From the NCBI GenBank assembly GCA_027021385.1, contig JALUUL010000049.1:17646-81645 (forward strand): a DNA stretch of 64,000 nucleotides, given 5' to 3'. Below, piece after piece: positions 9,520 through 20,063 of this stretch. The notes under the pieces were generated by a model that was not told the origin of the DNA, searched no databases, and saw only the letters and a list, made by a program, of their open reading frames with translations. The stretch comes from Planctomycetota bacterium. Its GTDB lineage: Bacteria > Planctomycetota > UBA1135 > GCA-002748355. Both the position numbers and the translations under genes were made by a program. Positions within the stretch are counted from its first letter, which is position 1. The number at the start of each line of letters is the position of its first letter.

Positions 9520-10248
9520 ATGGGCGAATGTATCTGGATCCGTCCCGGCGAAGCGAAGCTGGAGGAACTCCGAGCGGGAGGTTTCCGGACCCTGTGGAAT
9601 GGCCTAGAGGGGAAGGTCCTCGACCGGAACCGGTTGCGGCGGGTCGAACGGATCGAGTATCCGGTCAAGGGCTTCCTGAAACGCTTCCTAGGCATCCAGG
9701 CCAAGAACGCCTTGCGTCTCGCGCTCACGACCCGTCCTCGTTGCCGCAGCCAGGCCTTTCGGGAACTGCGCATCCTCGAGGAACTCCACGCATTCAAGCT
9801 CGGCGCGCCTCGAGCCCTCTGCGCGGCCGAGCACTGCATCGGACCCTGGGAACGGCGTTCCCTCCTCCTGACCGCCCCCCTCCCGGGGAAGCCCCTCTCG
9901 GACCTCGCGGAGGGTCCCCGAGAGGACGAGGCCCGGGCGGCCGCGGAGACCTACGGCAAGGCCCTCCGGGCCGGGATCTTTCTTCCGGACCAGGGCTTCG
10001 ACCACGTGTTCCGGAAGGAGAACGGCTCGCTCTCGCTGCTCGACTTCCACAACGCCCGCACGGCTCCGCCCCCCTCTCCCCGCGAACTCGGCAGGGCCGT
10101 GGTCCGCCTGTTCCTCTCCCCGGGATCCGAAGGGATCCGGCGCCTCGAACTCGCAAAGGAATGCCTCCTCCTCTTCCTCGAAGTCGGGGCCCGGCTCGAA
10201 GCCCGACCTGGAGCCGAGGCTATCTTGACGAGGAGGCTCGCTAGGTGA
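9520..10248 (+). CDS. Lipopolysaccharide kinase (Kdo/WaaP)-family-like protein, possibly degenerate
   Basis: The start is chosen at MGECIWIRP, after the divergent intergenic region. The layout resembles InaA/Kdo-kinase (KRF...A.RE...L..L.....P.....SLLLT..L.G..L, LLDFHNA), but the catalytic HxD motif is not obvious. Confidence 0.4.
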   Translation: MGECIWIRPGEAKLEELRAGGFRTLWNGLEGKVLDRNRLRRVERIEYPVKGFLKRFLGIQAKNALRLALTTRPRCRSQAFRELRILEELHAFKLGAPRALCAAEHCIGPWERRSLLLTAPLPGKPLSDLAEGPREDEARAAAETYGKALRAGIFLPDQGFDHVFRKENGSLSLLDFHNARTAPPPSPRELGRAVVRLFLSPGSEGIRRLELAKECLLLFLEVGARLEARPGAEAILTRRLAR

Positions 10249-10904
10249 ATCGCACGGCCCCGGGCGGCGATACCCCCGGTATTCCTGATTCGGCCTCCCG
10301 ATACGAGGTGGAAGGCCGCGCGACCCGCTACCGGGATCGGAATCCCGCCCGGGCGCGGCGGGAAGCTCTGCTTTGCCGGCGCCTCCTGGCTCGGGCCGCG
10401 CTCCCGGAGAAGGCCCGCCTGCTGGATGCGCCCTGCGGCGCCGGCCGACATCTCGACCTGCTCGGAACAAGGGGCGGTGTCCTCGGGCTCGATGCCAGCC
10501 CCTCGATGCTCGCGGAGGCCCGGGAACGCGTCCCGGGGATCCCCCTCCTCCGCGGCGACCTGTTCCGGCTTCCGTTCGGAGATCGAAGCCTGGACATGGT
10601 CCTGTGCTTCCGCGTCCTCCACCACTACCCCATCGAACGGCAGGCCGATCTCTGCCGGGAACTCTCCCGAGTCGCGGCGCGCTACGTGCTCGTGACGGCC
10701 TTCCACCCCTTCTCCGCCCATCATCTGACCCGACGATTCAGGGCCACATTCCTCGGGAAGCCTTCATCCCGCTTCGCGACCCCACCCCGATTCCTGAGCG
10801 CATGGTTCCGACGGGAAGGATGGAACCTCACCGCCCGGACTCGAGAAGGCCCGCTCCGGGACCTCTACGCCTGCCTCTACGAACGGTTCGCATCCCCTCC
10901 TTGA
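10245..10904 (+). CDS. Class I SAM-dependent methyltransferase
   Basis: GTG start in a GTGA overlap with the previous stop. SAM-binding motif I LLDAPCGAGRH, then GLDASPSML, and the Methyltransf_11-like stretch FRLPFGDRSLDMVLCFRVLHH. Confidence 0.8.
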   Translation: MNRTAPGGDTPGIPDSASRYEVEGRATRYRDRNPARARREALLCRRLLARAALPEKARLLDAPCGAGRHLDLLGTRGGVLGLDASPSMLAEARERVPGIPLLRGDLFRLPFGDRSLDMVLCFRVLHHYPIERQADLCRELSRVAARYVLVTAFHPFSAHHLTRRFRATFLGKPSSRFATPPRFLSAWFRREGWNLTARTREGPLRDLYACLYERFASPP

Positions 10905-10956
10905 GAGGAGTGGGGAGGGGCTCCTCATTTCTTTTTGCCAAGTCTAGGCTTCCGCC

Positions 10957-12375
10957 ATGAATCACTTCGCCTCATCCTCCGCCCTAGTAGCCGCCGCGTT
11001 CGCACTTCTCGCGCCTCCCTCCGCCGCCCAGGTCGGGACCTGGAAAGTTGTTCCTCTCCTCCCCACCACTGCGAACCTCAAGAGTCCCACCTGCATGGCC
11101 GTCGCCAAGGACGGGCGCTTCTTCATCACCGAACGAACGACGGGACGGATCCGGATCTACGACTGGAAGAACCGCACCCTTCTCGCCACCCCCTTCGCCT
11201 CGGTCACGGGCACGAACTCCTCCGGCGAGCGCGGCCTTCTCGGCATCGCCCTGGATCCCGCCTTCCCGACGACGCCTCATGTCTACGCTTACCAAACCTA
11301 CAGGTCGGGAACCGTCACTTACGGGCGCATCCTCCGCTTCACGGCCCGCGGGAACGTGGCCGTCGCGGTCTCGACGATCCTCGACAAGCTTCCGACCAGC
11401 ACGAACCACAACGGGGGAGTCCTCGCCTTCGGGCCGGACGGAAAGCTCTATTTTCCGATCGGGGATACCAGGGTTCCCAAAACCTCCCAGAACAAGAGCG
11501 CAACCGTCTGGGCGGGCAAGATGCACAGGATCAACAAGGACGGGACGATTCCCTCGGACAACCCGTTCGGATCGGCGAATCCCCAGTTCGCCCTCGGCAT
11601 CCGAAACGCCTTCGGGCTCGCCTTCCATCCTCTCGACCGCCGTCTCTACGAAGTCGAGAACGGACCGACGACGAATGACGAGGTCCAGATCCTTCGGCCC
11701 GGGGGGAACTACGGCTGGCCTGTCGAACTCGGCAACCAGAACAAACCCGGCTACGACAAACCGATCTACACCTGGACACCCTGCATCGCCCCTTGCGGCA
11801 CCGCCTTTTCGCGGAGCAACGTCTATCCCTCGACCTGGCTCCACAGCCTCTGGGTCTGCGACTACGTCTTCGGAAAGATCCGCATCCTCCGCTTCTCGGG
11901 ACAATGGCACGACAAGGTCCGAAGCGAGACGATTCTCCCGGCCGCGACCTATCCGACGGACATCAAGCAGGGCCCCGACGGGAAGATGTACTTCTGCTCG
12001 ATGTATCGCGGTCAGATCTACCGGATCGACTGGACCGGAACCGCCCCCGTCCTCCCCGAGTTCCTGGTCACCGGGCCGATGATGATCGGCACCCGCAACT
12101 GGCTGCACCTGCGCGCACGACCCCGTTCGGTCATGGTCGTCATCACGGGCACGCCTCTTTCTCCTCCCCGCAACACGCCCTGGGGGATCCTACGGACGAA
12201 CCCCCTGCTCGTCTTCGGAGCCGGCGTCTGCGACGAGAACGGCGTCTCCAGCTTCCTGATGCCGATCCCCTCGGTCGCGAGCCTCAAGGGTATCCGCTTC
12301 CGGCTTCAGGGCGGGGAGATCACCCCGTCCTTCACGATCCGACTGGCGAACGCCGTCGATCTCGTGATCCTCTGA
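10957..12375 (+). CDS. Secreted PQQ-dependent sugar (glucose/sorbosone) dehydrogenase family protein with a C-terminal extra module
   Basis: Signal peptide [29 protein letters not shown] beta-propeller motifs [53 protein letters not shown]. About 90 extra C-terminal residues. Confidence 0.75.
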   Translation: MNHFASSSALVAAAFALLAPPSAAQVGTWKVVPLLPTTANLKSPTCMAVAKDGRFFITERTTGRIRIYDWKNRTLLATPFASVTGTNSSGERGLLGIALDPAFPTTPHVYAYQTYRSGTVTYGRILRFTARGNVAVAVSTILDKLPTSTNHNGGVLAFGPDGKLYFPIGDTRVPKTSQNKSATVWAGKMHRINKDGTIPSDNPFGSANPQFALGIRNAFGLAFHPLDRRLYEVENGPTTNDEVQILRPGGNYGWPVELGNQNKPGYDKPIYTWTPCIAPCGTAFSRSNVYPSTWLHSLWVCDYVFGKIRILRFSGQWHDKVRSETILPAATYPTDIKQGPDGKMYFCSMYRGQIYRIDWTGTAPVLPEFLVTGPMMIGTRNWLHLRARPRSVMVVITGTPLSPPRNTPWGILRTNPLLVFGAGVCDENGVSSFLMPIPSVASLKGIRFRLQGGEITPSFTIRLANAVDLVIL

Positions 12376-12451
12376 TCCCCCACCGACACGCGGGTCCTCC
12401 GCCACGGGTCAGGGGCCGCGTCGTTCCCCGCGGACCGGAGCCTCGGATCGA

Positions 12452-13858
12452 TCACCCCCGTTGCCGGTCCGCCCCGCGGAACGACTCGGGATCGATCCCG
12501 TGCTTCTTCATCAACCGATACATCGTCCCCCGCGGGATGCCCGCCTCCGCGGCAGACTTCGAAACGTCACCGGAATTCCTCTCGAGGACCCCCCTCAGAT
12601 ACTCCTTCTCGAAATCGGAGATGCGCTGCCGCCTGGCCTCGAAGAATCCGTCCATCCCCGTTCCCCGATCGATCGCCCCCAGGAGAGCGAACTCGTCCGG
12701 CAACATGTCCATCGTGATCTCCCCCCCCTCGGACAGGGCCACGAGTCGTTTGAGGACGTTCTGGAGCTGTCGGACATTCCCCGGCCACTCGTAACGCACG
12801 AGTACCTCCATCACGTCCCCGCTGATGTTCGGCTCGGCCTTCCCCATCTTCCCGGAGATCTCGCGCAAGAAGTGTTCGACCAGGGAGGGGATGTCCTCGC
12901 GCCTCTCCTTCAGGGGGGGGACGCGGACCTCGACGACGTTCAGCCTGAAATAGAGGTCCTCCCGGAACCTTCCTCCCCGGACTTCCTGGACCAGGTTGCG
13001 ATTCGTGGCGGCGAGGACCCGGAGGTCCGCCCGGATCTCCTTCCTTCCTCCCAATCGGCGGAAACAGCGCTCCTGCAGGAGGCGCAAGAGTTTCGCCTGC
13101 AAGGCGAGGGGCAGCTCCGCGATCTCGTCGAGGAAGAAGGTCCCCCCCTCGGCGATCTCGACCAACCCGATGCTCCTGCCCGAGGCCCCCGTGAAGGCCC
13201 CCTTCTCATGCCCGAAGAACTCGCTCTCCAGGAGGGTCTCCGGAATCGCTCCGCAATCGACGGGCACGAAGGGCTTCCCCGCCCGTGGACTCGATTCGTG
13301 GATACTGCGCGCGACGAGTTCCTTCCCCGTTCCCGTGTCCCCGACGATCAGAACGTCGAGATCGGCCTCGGCCACCTTGCGGACCACGTCGTACAACTTC
13401 CTCATCGGAGGGCTGTCGCCGATCATCCTCCGAAAGAGGTATTTCTTCTCGACCTGCCTCCTGAGAAACCTGTTGGCGATCCTCAGCTCCCTCTGTTCGA
13501 GGATCCTCTTGACGGTGGCCTCGAGGTCGTCCGGGAGGAAGGGTTTGGTGATGTAGTCGTTCGCCCCCGACTTCATGCTCGCGACGGCGCTCTCCACGCT
13601 CGGGTAGGCCGTCATCATCAAGATGCTCAATTCGGGGTTCGCCTTCTTTCCGATCCGCAGGAGATCCAGCCCGGTCTTTCCCGGCATCCGGATATCGCTG
13701 ATCAAGAGATCGAAAGTCTCGCTCTCCAGCATCCTCGCCGCTTTCTCGCTGTCCGAGGAGAGAGTGATCTCCAGCCCCTGGATGTCGGAGAGGGTGTCCT
13801 CGACGACCTCCAGGAGCCCCACCTCATCGTCGACGACCAGGATCCGGATGTTCTTCAC
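12452..13858 (-). CDS. Sigma-54-dependent response regulator (NtrC family enhancer-binding protein)
   Basis: Receiver domain (ILVVDDE...[11 protein letters not shown]). AAA+ sigma-54 interaction domain ([30 protein letters not shown] = GAFTGA loop). C-terminal HTH ([20 protein letters not shown]). Confidence 0.9.
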   Translation of the reverse strand: MKNIRILVVDDEVGLLEVVEDTLSDIQGLEITLSSDSEKAARMLESETFDLLISDIRMPGKTGLDLLRIGKKANPELSILMMTAYPSVESAVASMKSGANDYITKPFLPDDLEATVKRILEQRELRIANRFLRRQVEKKYLFRRMIGDSPPMRKLYDVVRKVAEADLDVLIVGDTGTGKELVARSIHESSPRAGKPFVPVDCGAIPETLLESEFFGHEKGAFTGASGRSIGLVEIAEGGTFFLDEIAELPLALQAKLLRLLQERCFRRLGGRKEIRADLRVLAATNRNLVQEVRGGRFREDLYFRLNVVEVRVPPLKERREDIPSLVEHFLREISGKMGKAEPNISGDVMEVLVRYEWPGNVRQLQNVLKRLVALSEGGEITMDMLPDEFALLGAIDRGTGMDGFFEARRQRISDFEKEYLRGVLERNSGDVSKSAAEAGIPRGTMYRLMKKHGIDPESFRGADRQRG

Positions 13859-15843
13859 GATCGGACCTCCCCGGAGAACTCGGGGATCCAGACTTCGAAA
13901 ACGGCGCCTTTCCCCCGCTCGGAGGCTGCTTCCATATGGCCTCCATGCGCCTTGACCAGGCTGAAGGAGATCGACAGACCGAGTCCCGTTCCCTTGTTCG
14001 GTTCCTTGGTCGTGAAGAACGGCTCGAAGATCTTCTCCCGGATCTCGGGCGGGATTCCGTCTCCGGAGTCCCTGAAGCGGACGCAGAATCCCGCATGGCC
14101 GTGCCGGGACATCCTCTCGAGACTCACTCGGATCTCTCCTCCCTCCGCGATCGCGTCGATCGAGTTCATCAGGACGTTCAGGAACACCTGGGACAACTCG
14201 GCTTCGTTCCCGTTCACGAATGCGGGTTCATCGGGCAAATCGAGCCCGGTCCGGGTCTTCTTCAGGATGAGTTCCTGCTTGACGAGATCCAACGATCCCC
14301 GGACAACCTTGCGCAGATCGAAGACGGACCATTTCTTGGGGGAGGGACGGGAATATCCCAGCAAGCCCTGCGCGATCTCCGCCACCCTGTCGGAGAGATC
14401 CGCGATCTTCTTCAAGTCGGAGGAGACCTTCGCGGGAACCTCGGAACCGTATTTCGACAGCAACAATCTCGCCTTCGCCCCCATGATGGTCACGGGGTTG
14501 TTGACCTCGTGCGCGACATGGCTCGCCAGCTTCCCGACCGCGGCGAGCTGTTCCGCTCGGATCATCTGGACCTGTTCCTCCTTTTCCGAAGTGATGTCGG
14601 AGGCCAGCTCTACGATCTGCGCATCCTCGCCTCCGAGGCCGTCGATCGCTGCGATCTGCAACCGGAAGAAGACCTTCCTGCCCTCGGGACCTTCCGTTCC
14701 TTCGATCTCGATGGTTCTCGGGATCCTGTCCTCGAGCACCCCGGCCTCTGCGTCCTCGGCCTCCTCGTAGGCCTCGAGGCCATCTCCGAACCACTGTTCC
14801 CAGATCCTGTTCCGCCATTTAGTCCGCTTCCCACCGTCCAACACCCGGATGGCCGTCTGGGTGGAATCCAGGGACTGCTCGAGAATCTTCTGCGTCTCGA
14901 TCTTCTCCATGGCCATTCCGTGGATCCTCTCCTCGTTCGCCCGGCTCTGCGACATGATCTTCGTCGTGAAATAGGCACTCAGGAAAAGGGCGATGGAATA
15001 GATCGCGGTCATGCTGAAGGCGTATCTGGCGTCCTTGCTCGCGTGCATGTCTAGATCGTGGCCGTGGGGGACGATCGCCAGGGTGTAGTGCTCGACGATC
15101 CCGGACCATTCCACCGAGGCCATCGCCGCGAGCAGGAGACTCGCCGCCCCTGCGACCATGTAGCACTCCCTCGGAGTCAGGATGATCCCCGCGATCACGA
15201 CGTGGAAGAGGATCAGGATGACCAGCGGATTCTCCAATCCTCCGGTGAAATGAAGCATCCCCGTCAGGGAAAGGAGATCCGTGAACGCCTGGATGAGGAG
15301 GATGTGCTTGGGTAGACGCCCCTTCAGCAGGAACCTCTGCAAGGAGAGGTTGAAAACGATAAGCATGACGAGGATCGAAAACAGGCCCGGAACGACCTTC
15401 TTGGGCAGCCAGCCCATGATCCCGATCGAGAGCACGAGGAGGGCGACGGCGCTGATGATCGCGACCCATCGCATCCGGACGTACCAGAGAGAGAGGAAGA
15501 GGACACGGTTCCTCTCCCTGCGGGATCGATCGAAGACCTTCCGTTCGTCCTCCAGATCGTCTTCCACGGCCTCGAGGGGGGAGGGAATCGAAAGGAGGGA
15601 ACCGAGGATCACGACCGAGAAGATGACGAGGGTCACGAAACCCTTGGCCATGCTCATCGATTCCCCTCGGCCCTCGCTCACCTCCCCGAGGAAGAAGACC
15701 TGGAAGATCCAAAAAGCCCCGCTGACTCCGAGCCAGGCCACGAGGAGGTAGATGAGCAGCAGGGAGAAGTTCAGGCTCTTCCTCGGAAAGGGTTCTCCCG
15801 CGCCGGGGACGGAGCCCACCTCCCTCTCTGTTCCGGGCCTCAT
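13855..15843 (-). CDS. Multi-pass membrane sensor histidine kinase (partner of the NtrC-type regulator)
   Basis: H-box [13 protein letters not shown]. HATPase N/G boxes ([26 protein letters not shown]). Several TM helices in the N-terminal half. 4-nt overlap with the regulator gene. The start is set at MRPGTERE because GGAGGG lies about 11 nt upstream. Alternative starts up to 16005 are possible. Confidence 0.8.
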   Translation of the reverse strand: MRPGTEREVGSVPGAGEPFPRKSLNFSLLLIYLLVAWLGVSGAFWIFQVFFLGEVSEGRGESMSMAKGFVTLVIFSVVILGSLLSIPSPLEAVEDDLEDERKVFDRSRRERNRVLFLSLWYVRMRWVAIISAVALLVLSIGIMGWLPKKVVPGLFSILVMLIVFNLSLQRFLLKGRLPKHILLIQAFTDLLSLTGMLHFTGGLENPLVILILFHVVIAGIILTPRECYMVAGAASLLLAAMASVEWSGIVEHYTLAIVPHGHDLDMHASKDARYAFSMTAIYSIALFLSAYFTTKIMSQSRANEERIHGMAMEKIETQKILEQSLDSTQTAIRVLDGGKRTKWRNRIWEQWFGDGLEAYEEAEDAEAGVLEDRIPRTIEIEGTEGPEGRKVFFRLQIAAIDGLGGEDAQIVELASDITSEKEEQVQMIRAEQLAAVGKLASHVAHEVNNPVTIMGAKARLLLSKYGSEVPAKVSSDLKKIADLSDRVAEIAQGLLGYSRPSPKKWSVFDLRKVVRGSLDLVKQELILKKTRTGLDLPDEPAFVNGNEAELSQVFLNVLMNSIDAIAEGGEIRVSLERMSRHGHAGFCVRFRDSGDGIPPEIREKIFEPFFTTKEPNKGTGLGLSISFSLVKAHGGHMEAASERGKGAVFEVWIPEFSGEVRS

Positions 15844-15965
15844 GGTCTTTCCACCCTCCGACCTGTTCCGCTCGATCGCACCGGGATCGACGGGCTCACG
15901 AACGCACGGCCCCGCCCTCGCACTCCCCGGAAGAGGAATTCTACGGCTCCCGTTCATCCGGCCGA

Positions 15966-16015
15966 TGTCACCTTTTTGAGAATCCCGGCGGGCCTCATGT
16001 CTCACTCATGTGACA
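15966..16015. promoter_or_regulatory. Candidate enhancer (UAS) repeats in the divergent control region
   Basis: Inverted TGTCAC (15966..15971) and GTGACA (16010..16015). Direct TCATGT at 15995..16000 and 16006..16011, spaced 11 nt. These lie 50-100 nt upstream of the -24/-12 element. A T-rich tract at 15973..15977 sits between them. Confidence 0.25.
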
Positions 16016-16065
16016 GATCCGGCTCCTGAGGAGCGGAATCGGCCGTCCTCCGGGGTGTTTCCACA

Positions 16066-16081
16066 GGGTACGGGTCTTGCG
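16066..16081 (+). promoter_or_regulatory. Sigma-54 (-24/-12) promoter candidate for the cytochrome c/porin cluster
   Basis: gGGtACGgggtcTTGCg against consensus TGGCACG-N4-TTGCW. The GG to GC spacing is exactly 12 and 10 of 12 defined positions match. It lies about 49 nt upstream of the ATG at 16130, and an NtrC-type EBP is encoded divergently. Confidence 0.5.
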
Positions 16082-16129
16082 GAAACACCCGTCGATCACG
16101 TTCGTGGATCCGAGAACAGGAGAGCACCG

Positions 16130-17059
16130 ATGACTCAACGGACCAAGACGGCATCCATCTTCCTCGCAAGCGCCTTGACCGCCTTCCCACTGTCCGCCCG
16201 CGGACAGGTCCCCGCCAAGACGGACTGGAAAGCTCCGTCCCGAGCGAAGCGGAAGAGGAACCCCTTCAAGGCGGATCCGGCGACCATCCTGGCTGGGAAG
16301 AACATCTTCCTCAGGAACTGCATGGTCTGCCACGGCTCCACGGGGAAGGGGGACGGTCCGGCATCCGCCGCCCTTCGCCCCAAACCCAAGGACCTGACGG
16401 ATCCCGCGGTCTCGAGCCAGAGCGACGGAGAACTCTTCTGGAAGATCCGGACCGGGAAGGCGCCGATGCCGACCTTCAGGTCCACCCTCGGCGAAAAGGA
16501 CATTTGGCGGGTCGTCGTATTCCTGAAGAGCTTGGGGAAGAAGAACGACTCCCCGAAACCTGCCATGGAATCGCTGCCGCCGCGCAAGGCGGTCGAGACC
16601 ATCCTCCGCCGCTACCTCTCCCTTCTCCGTGACCTGAGGGCGGAACGCTGGGGGGCCTCCGCCCGGCGCACGGCCAAGAACCTTTCGAGGCTGGCCGGGT
16701 CCCTGCGGATCACCGGATCGAAGGCCAAGAAGGCGAACGATTTCTGGCGCTCGGCGAAATCCAGGATCCAGCATGGAGCCTCGATCCTGGCTTCGGGGAA
16801 CGATGGTTTCCTCGAAGGATTCCAGGAGATCACCAACACCGTTGATTCGCTGATCACCTACTTCGGGGTCCGGGAAAAGGAACCGCTTTCCCTCTTCGTG
16901 TGCAGGATGAGTGGAAGTAAAGGTGGCAATCTCTGGATCCAGACGGGAACGAAACCACGCAATCCCTTCCCTTGGGGGATCAAGATGCCTGACTGCGGGG
17001 AGCGCGTGAAAACCTATCCGACCGCGACCGATTCCGGAGCGAAACACTCCTCCAAGTAG
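16130..17059 (+). CDS. Periplasmic c-type cytochrome fused to a DUF3347-like domain
   Basis: ATG preceded by AGGAGAG. Signal peptide MTQRTKTASIFLASALTAFPLSARG. Heme motif CMVCH plus a distal Met region (GKAPMP). The C-terminus FVCRMSGSKGGNLWIQTGTKPRNPFPWGIKMPDCGERV resembles the DUF3347 signature as I recall it (CPM...W....NP.....M..CG). Confidence 0.65.
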   Translation: MTQRTKTASIFLASALTAFPLSARGQVPAKTDWKAPSRAKRKRNPFKADPATILAGKNIFLRNCMVCHGSTGKGDGPASAALRPKPKDLTDPAVSSQSDGELFWKIRTGKAPMPTFRSTLGEKDIWRVVVFLKSLGKKNDSPKPAMESLPPRKAVETILRRYLSLLRDLRAERWGASARRTAKNLSRLAGSLRITGSKAKKANDFWRSAKSRIQHGASILASGNDGFLEGFQEITNTVDSLITYFGVREKEPLSLFVCRMSGSKGGNLWIQTGTKPRNPFPWGIKMPDCGERVKTYPTATDSGAKHSSK

Positions 17060-17095
17060 AGAATCCCGAAGACAAGGACGATCGAAGTGAACACG

Positions 17096-18304
17096 ATGAA
17101 ACGAGTCGCGGCGTACTTCCTTCCCCTCGCCCTGGCCGGCGGACTCCACGCCCAGGACAGGACAAAGGCCCTCAAGGAACTCAACGACAGGATCGAGCAA
17201 CTCCAGAAGGACACGGACGAAGCTTTCGAAGAGTTCGAGAACCGCTTCCTCAAGACGGACCAGGAACTCGGACGCCTCCGGCCGGGGACCACGGGTTTCC
17301 TGTTCAGCGGATTCTCTTCCTTCACCTACACGGACAGGGCGGGCTCGCCGTCCAGTTTCGACGTGACCTTCAACCCGATCTTCCTCTTCAAGCTGAACGA
17401 CAACCTGTTCATCGAGTCCGAGGTCGAGTTCGAGCTTTCCGACGTTTCCTCCGCGGGGGAACCGGGCTTCGAGACCGATGCCGGCCTCGAGTACGCGCAC
17501 ATGGTCTGGGCGCCCCGAGACGAGATCATGGTCGGAGTCGGGAAGTTCCTCCTCCCCTTCGGACAGTTCGGGGAACGGTTGCACCCCGCCTGGATCAACA
17601 AACTCCCGGACTCTCCACTGCTCTACGGCCATTCGGGCATCATCCCGATGAACGACATCGGGATCGACATCCGCGGGGGGATACGGGTTATGGAGAGGGG
17701 CTCGGTCAACTATGCCTTCTACCTGACGAACGGCCCGATGCTCGACACGACCGAGGGGACGATCTCCACCGGAGACCCAACCGACAACAACTTCAACAAG
17801 GCCCTCGGAGGGAGGGTCGGATTCCTCCCCCATCCTTCGGTGGAGATCGGGGTCTCTTTCATGTCGGGCAAATCGGCCTTCGACACAGGGACGGTCTCGG
17901 GCGACCTGGACACCTTGCTTCTCGGAGTGGATGTCGCATACATCCGCTCCTTCGATGCGATCAAAGGGACCCTCGACGCCAGGTTCGAATGGGCTCAATC
18001 CGACGTCGACTCCGATCCGGCGATCCTCGGAGGCGTCGACAACCTCAGGCGGGGATGGTATTCCCAGATCGCGTATCGACCCGACAAGCTCGAATCCCTG
18101 TTCAAGAACTTCGAATGCGTTCTCCGCTTCGACTCGGTGAAGCTGCCGTCGAGCCTCAACGAGGATCGGAGCAGGTTCACCCTCGGCACGAACTACTGGA
18201 TCGGCAACAGCACGGTCGTCAAGCTCGCCTACCAGTTCGACGAGCGCGACGATTCCTCACAAGAAACGGATTCGTTCATGTTCCAGGTGGGCATGGGCTT
18301 CTAG
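17096..18304 (+). CDS. Outer-membrane beta-barrel porin (OprO/P-like), N-terminal coiled coil
   Basis: Signal peptide MKRVAAYFLPLALAGGLHAQ. Alternating beta-strand pattern. C-terminal ...FMFQVGMGF, with the terminal aromatic residue typical of OMPs. A GTG at 17087 is an alternative start. Confidence 0.65.
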   Translation: MKRVAAYFLPLALAGGLHAQDRTKALKELNDRIEQLQKDTDEAFEEFENRFLKTDQELGRLRPGTTGFLFSGFSSFTYTDRAGSPSSFDVTFNPIFLFKLNDNLFIESEVEFELSDVSSAGEPGFETDAGLEYAHMVWAPRDEIMVGVGKFLLPFGQFGERLHPAWINKLPDSPLLYGHSGIIPMNDIGIDIRGGIRVMERGSVNYAFYLTNGPMLDTTEGTISTGDPTDNNFNKALGGRVGFLPHPSVEIGVSFMSGKSAFDTGTVSGDLDTLLLGVDVAYIRSFDAIKGTLDARFEWAQSDVDSDPAILGGVDNLRRGWYSQIAYRPDKLESLFKNFECVLRFDSVKLPSSLNEDRSRFTLGTNYWIGNSTVVKLAYQFDERDDSSQETDSFMFQVGMGF

Positions 18305-18317
18305 AAGGATCGAGATC

Positions 18318-18626
18318 ATGAAGACGAGAACTCATTCCTATCGGCGTGGACCTATTTCGCTCGCCGTCCTCTTCCTGGGAAGCTTCCTGGCCGCATGCTC
18401 CTCGACCCTCGGAGGCCGCGGCGAGAAAGACGCGGCCCCGTCCTCCGGCGGACTCTCGGGGGCCGAGATCTGGGCGAACAACTGCAGCCGTTGTCACAAC
18501 TTCCGCGATCCGTCCTCTCTGAGCGATGCCCAGTGGGATGTGGCGATGATGCATATGCGGGTCCGCGCGAAGCTCAACGGGGCGGACGCGAAGGCGGTAC
18601 TGAAGTTCCTCCAGGCGAGCAACTGA
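18318..18626 (+). CDS. Small c-type cytochrome lipoprotein
   Basis: Lipobox FLAAC after a signal peptide. A single CSRCH heme-binding motif. A conserved-looking AQWDVAMMHMRVRA segment (possible Met axial ligand). It starts 13 nt after the porin stop. Confidence 0.65.
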   Translation: MKTRTHSYRRGPISLAVLFLGSFLAACSSTLGGRGEKDAAPSSGGLSGAEIWANNCSRCHNFRDPSSLSDAQWDVAMMHMRVRAKLNGADAKAVLKFLQASN

Positions 18627-18640
18627 GACGGACCGGGCCC

Positions 18641-19063
18641 TCAGGGTCCCGAGCCGTATAGCACGTACCAGACGAGCACCCCCGAGAGATCGACGTAGAG
18701 CCAAAGCGGAAGGACGACGCGGGCCAGCCGGCGATGGGCCTCGCGTCGATCCTTCAAGGCCAGGTGGAAGACCCTGAGGATGAAGGGGAGGAGCAAGGGG
18801 GCCAGGACGACGTGGGTGATCAGGACCGCGAGGTAGGCGGTCCGCGCGAGCCCCGCCCCGTCGAACCGACGCTCGACTCCGCCCCCGAAATGGAAGACGA
18901 GGTACGCGGCGAGAAAGGCCGCCGAGAAGGCGAGAGCCGCGCACATGCAGGCCTTGTGGAGCCCGATCCGGCCTCGACGGACCGCTCTCCAACCCACGAG
19001 GAGGGAGAGAGCCCCCGCCGCGTTCAGGAGGGCCTCGAGATGGGGGAGGTCTTGGATCGACAT
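18641..19063 (-). CDS. DUF420 family membrane protein (oxidase-assembly associated)
   Basis: This is the C-terminal 140 aa of track ORF 18641..19795, starting at MSIQDLPHLEALLNA. Four predicted TM helices with conserved His residues. It is adjacent to ctaB/ctaA, as DUF420 commonly is. The upstream part of the track ORF overlaps ctaB out of frame. Confidence 0.6.
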   Translation of the reverse strand: MSIQDLPHLEALLNAAGALSLLVGWRAVRRGRIGLHKACMCAALAFSAAFLAAYLVFHFGGGVERRFDGAGLARTAYLAVLITHVVLAPLLLPFILRVFHLALKDRREAHRRLARVVLPLWLYVDLSGVLVWYVLYGSGP

Positions 19064-19107
19064 CGGGACCGCCGGGGGAGAGGGGGACCGGGGTGGGCCG
19101 CCCGGAA

Positions 19108-20058
19108 TCAGGGAACGAGTTCGAAATCCAGGAAGAGGACCAGCATCAGGCAAGGGAGATAGGCCAGGGAGGTCAGGAAGAGCAGGCGCGCATCTTTGCG
19201 GCGCCGATTGAGAACGAGGGGGAGCGCGGCCGACAGCAGCAGGACGCCGAGCGCCAGGGCCCCGACGAAGTAGTAGCGTCCGGCGAGCCCCGTCATCGCC
19301 GGGAGGAGGCTGGCCGGAACCAGGCCGACCGCGAAGACGACGATCTGGGCCATCGTCAACCGACCGTCGTCGTCTCCGACCGAGAGCATCCGCATGCCGG
19401 CCCGGGCGTAGTCCTCCCGATAGAGCCAGGCGATCGCGAGAAAGTGCGGCACCTGCCAGAAGAAGAGGATCAGGAAGAGCAACCAGGCGCCGAGGCCGAC
19501 CTCCCCGGTGACAGCCGTCCACCCCATCAACGGGGGCATCGCGCCGGTAAGGGCTCCGACGAAGGTGTTCAAGGTCGTCCAGCGCTTCAGGGGGGTATAG
19601 AGAAGGACGTAGGTCCCGGCCGTTCCGGCGCAAAGCGCCGTCGTCAGGAGGTTCGTTCCGAGATCGAGGACCCACAGCCCCGCGGCGATCAGACCCAGGG
19701 TGTAGAAGGCGACGGGGAGGGGCCGCAGGACTCCGGAAGGGAGCGGTCTTCCCCTCGTCCGAGCCATCCGCGCGTCGAGACGGCGTTCCAACCACATGTT
19801 CCCGGCCGCGGCCCCCGCCGAACAGAGGCCGACACCGAGGACCGCCGCGAGGAGAAGGAGAAGGAAATCCTGGAATGGAACAGGCTCCGCCTGCTTCTTC
19901 CGCGCGAACGAGGCGCCCGCCGCAACCATGACGAGGAGGAGTCCGGTCAGTCTCGGCTTGGTCAGTTCGAGCCAGGGCGACAGGAGCCCGCGGGCGCGGG
20001 AAAGGGTCCGGCGGGGAGGATGGGTCGCTTCCGGCGGGCTGGAGGGATCCGGGGCCAC
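19108..20058 (-). CDS. ctaB: Protoheme IX farnesyltransferase (heme O synthase)
   Basis: UbiA-family motifs LTKPRLTGLLLV and GNMWLERRLDARMARTRGRPLPSG. Polytopic membrane protein. Confidence 0.9.
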   Translation of the reverse strand: MAPDPSSPPEATHPPRRTLSRARGLLSPWLELTKPRLTGLLLVMVAAGASFARKKQAEPVPFQDFLLLLLAAVLGVGLCSAGAAAGNMWLERRLDARMARTRGRPLPSGVLRPLPVAFYTLGLIAAGLWVLDLGTNLLTTALCAGTAGTYVLLYTPLKRWTTLNTFVGALTGAMPPLMGWTAVTGEVGLGAWLLFLILFFWQVPHFLAIAWLYREDYARAGMRMLSVGDDDGRLTMAQIVVFAVGLVPASLLPAMTGLAGRYYFVGALALGVLLLSAALPLVLNRRRKDARLLFLTSLAYLPCLMLVLFLDFELVP

Positions 20059-20063
20059 GTAAC

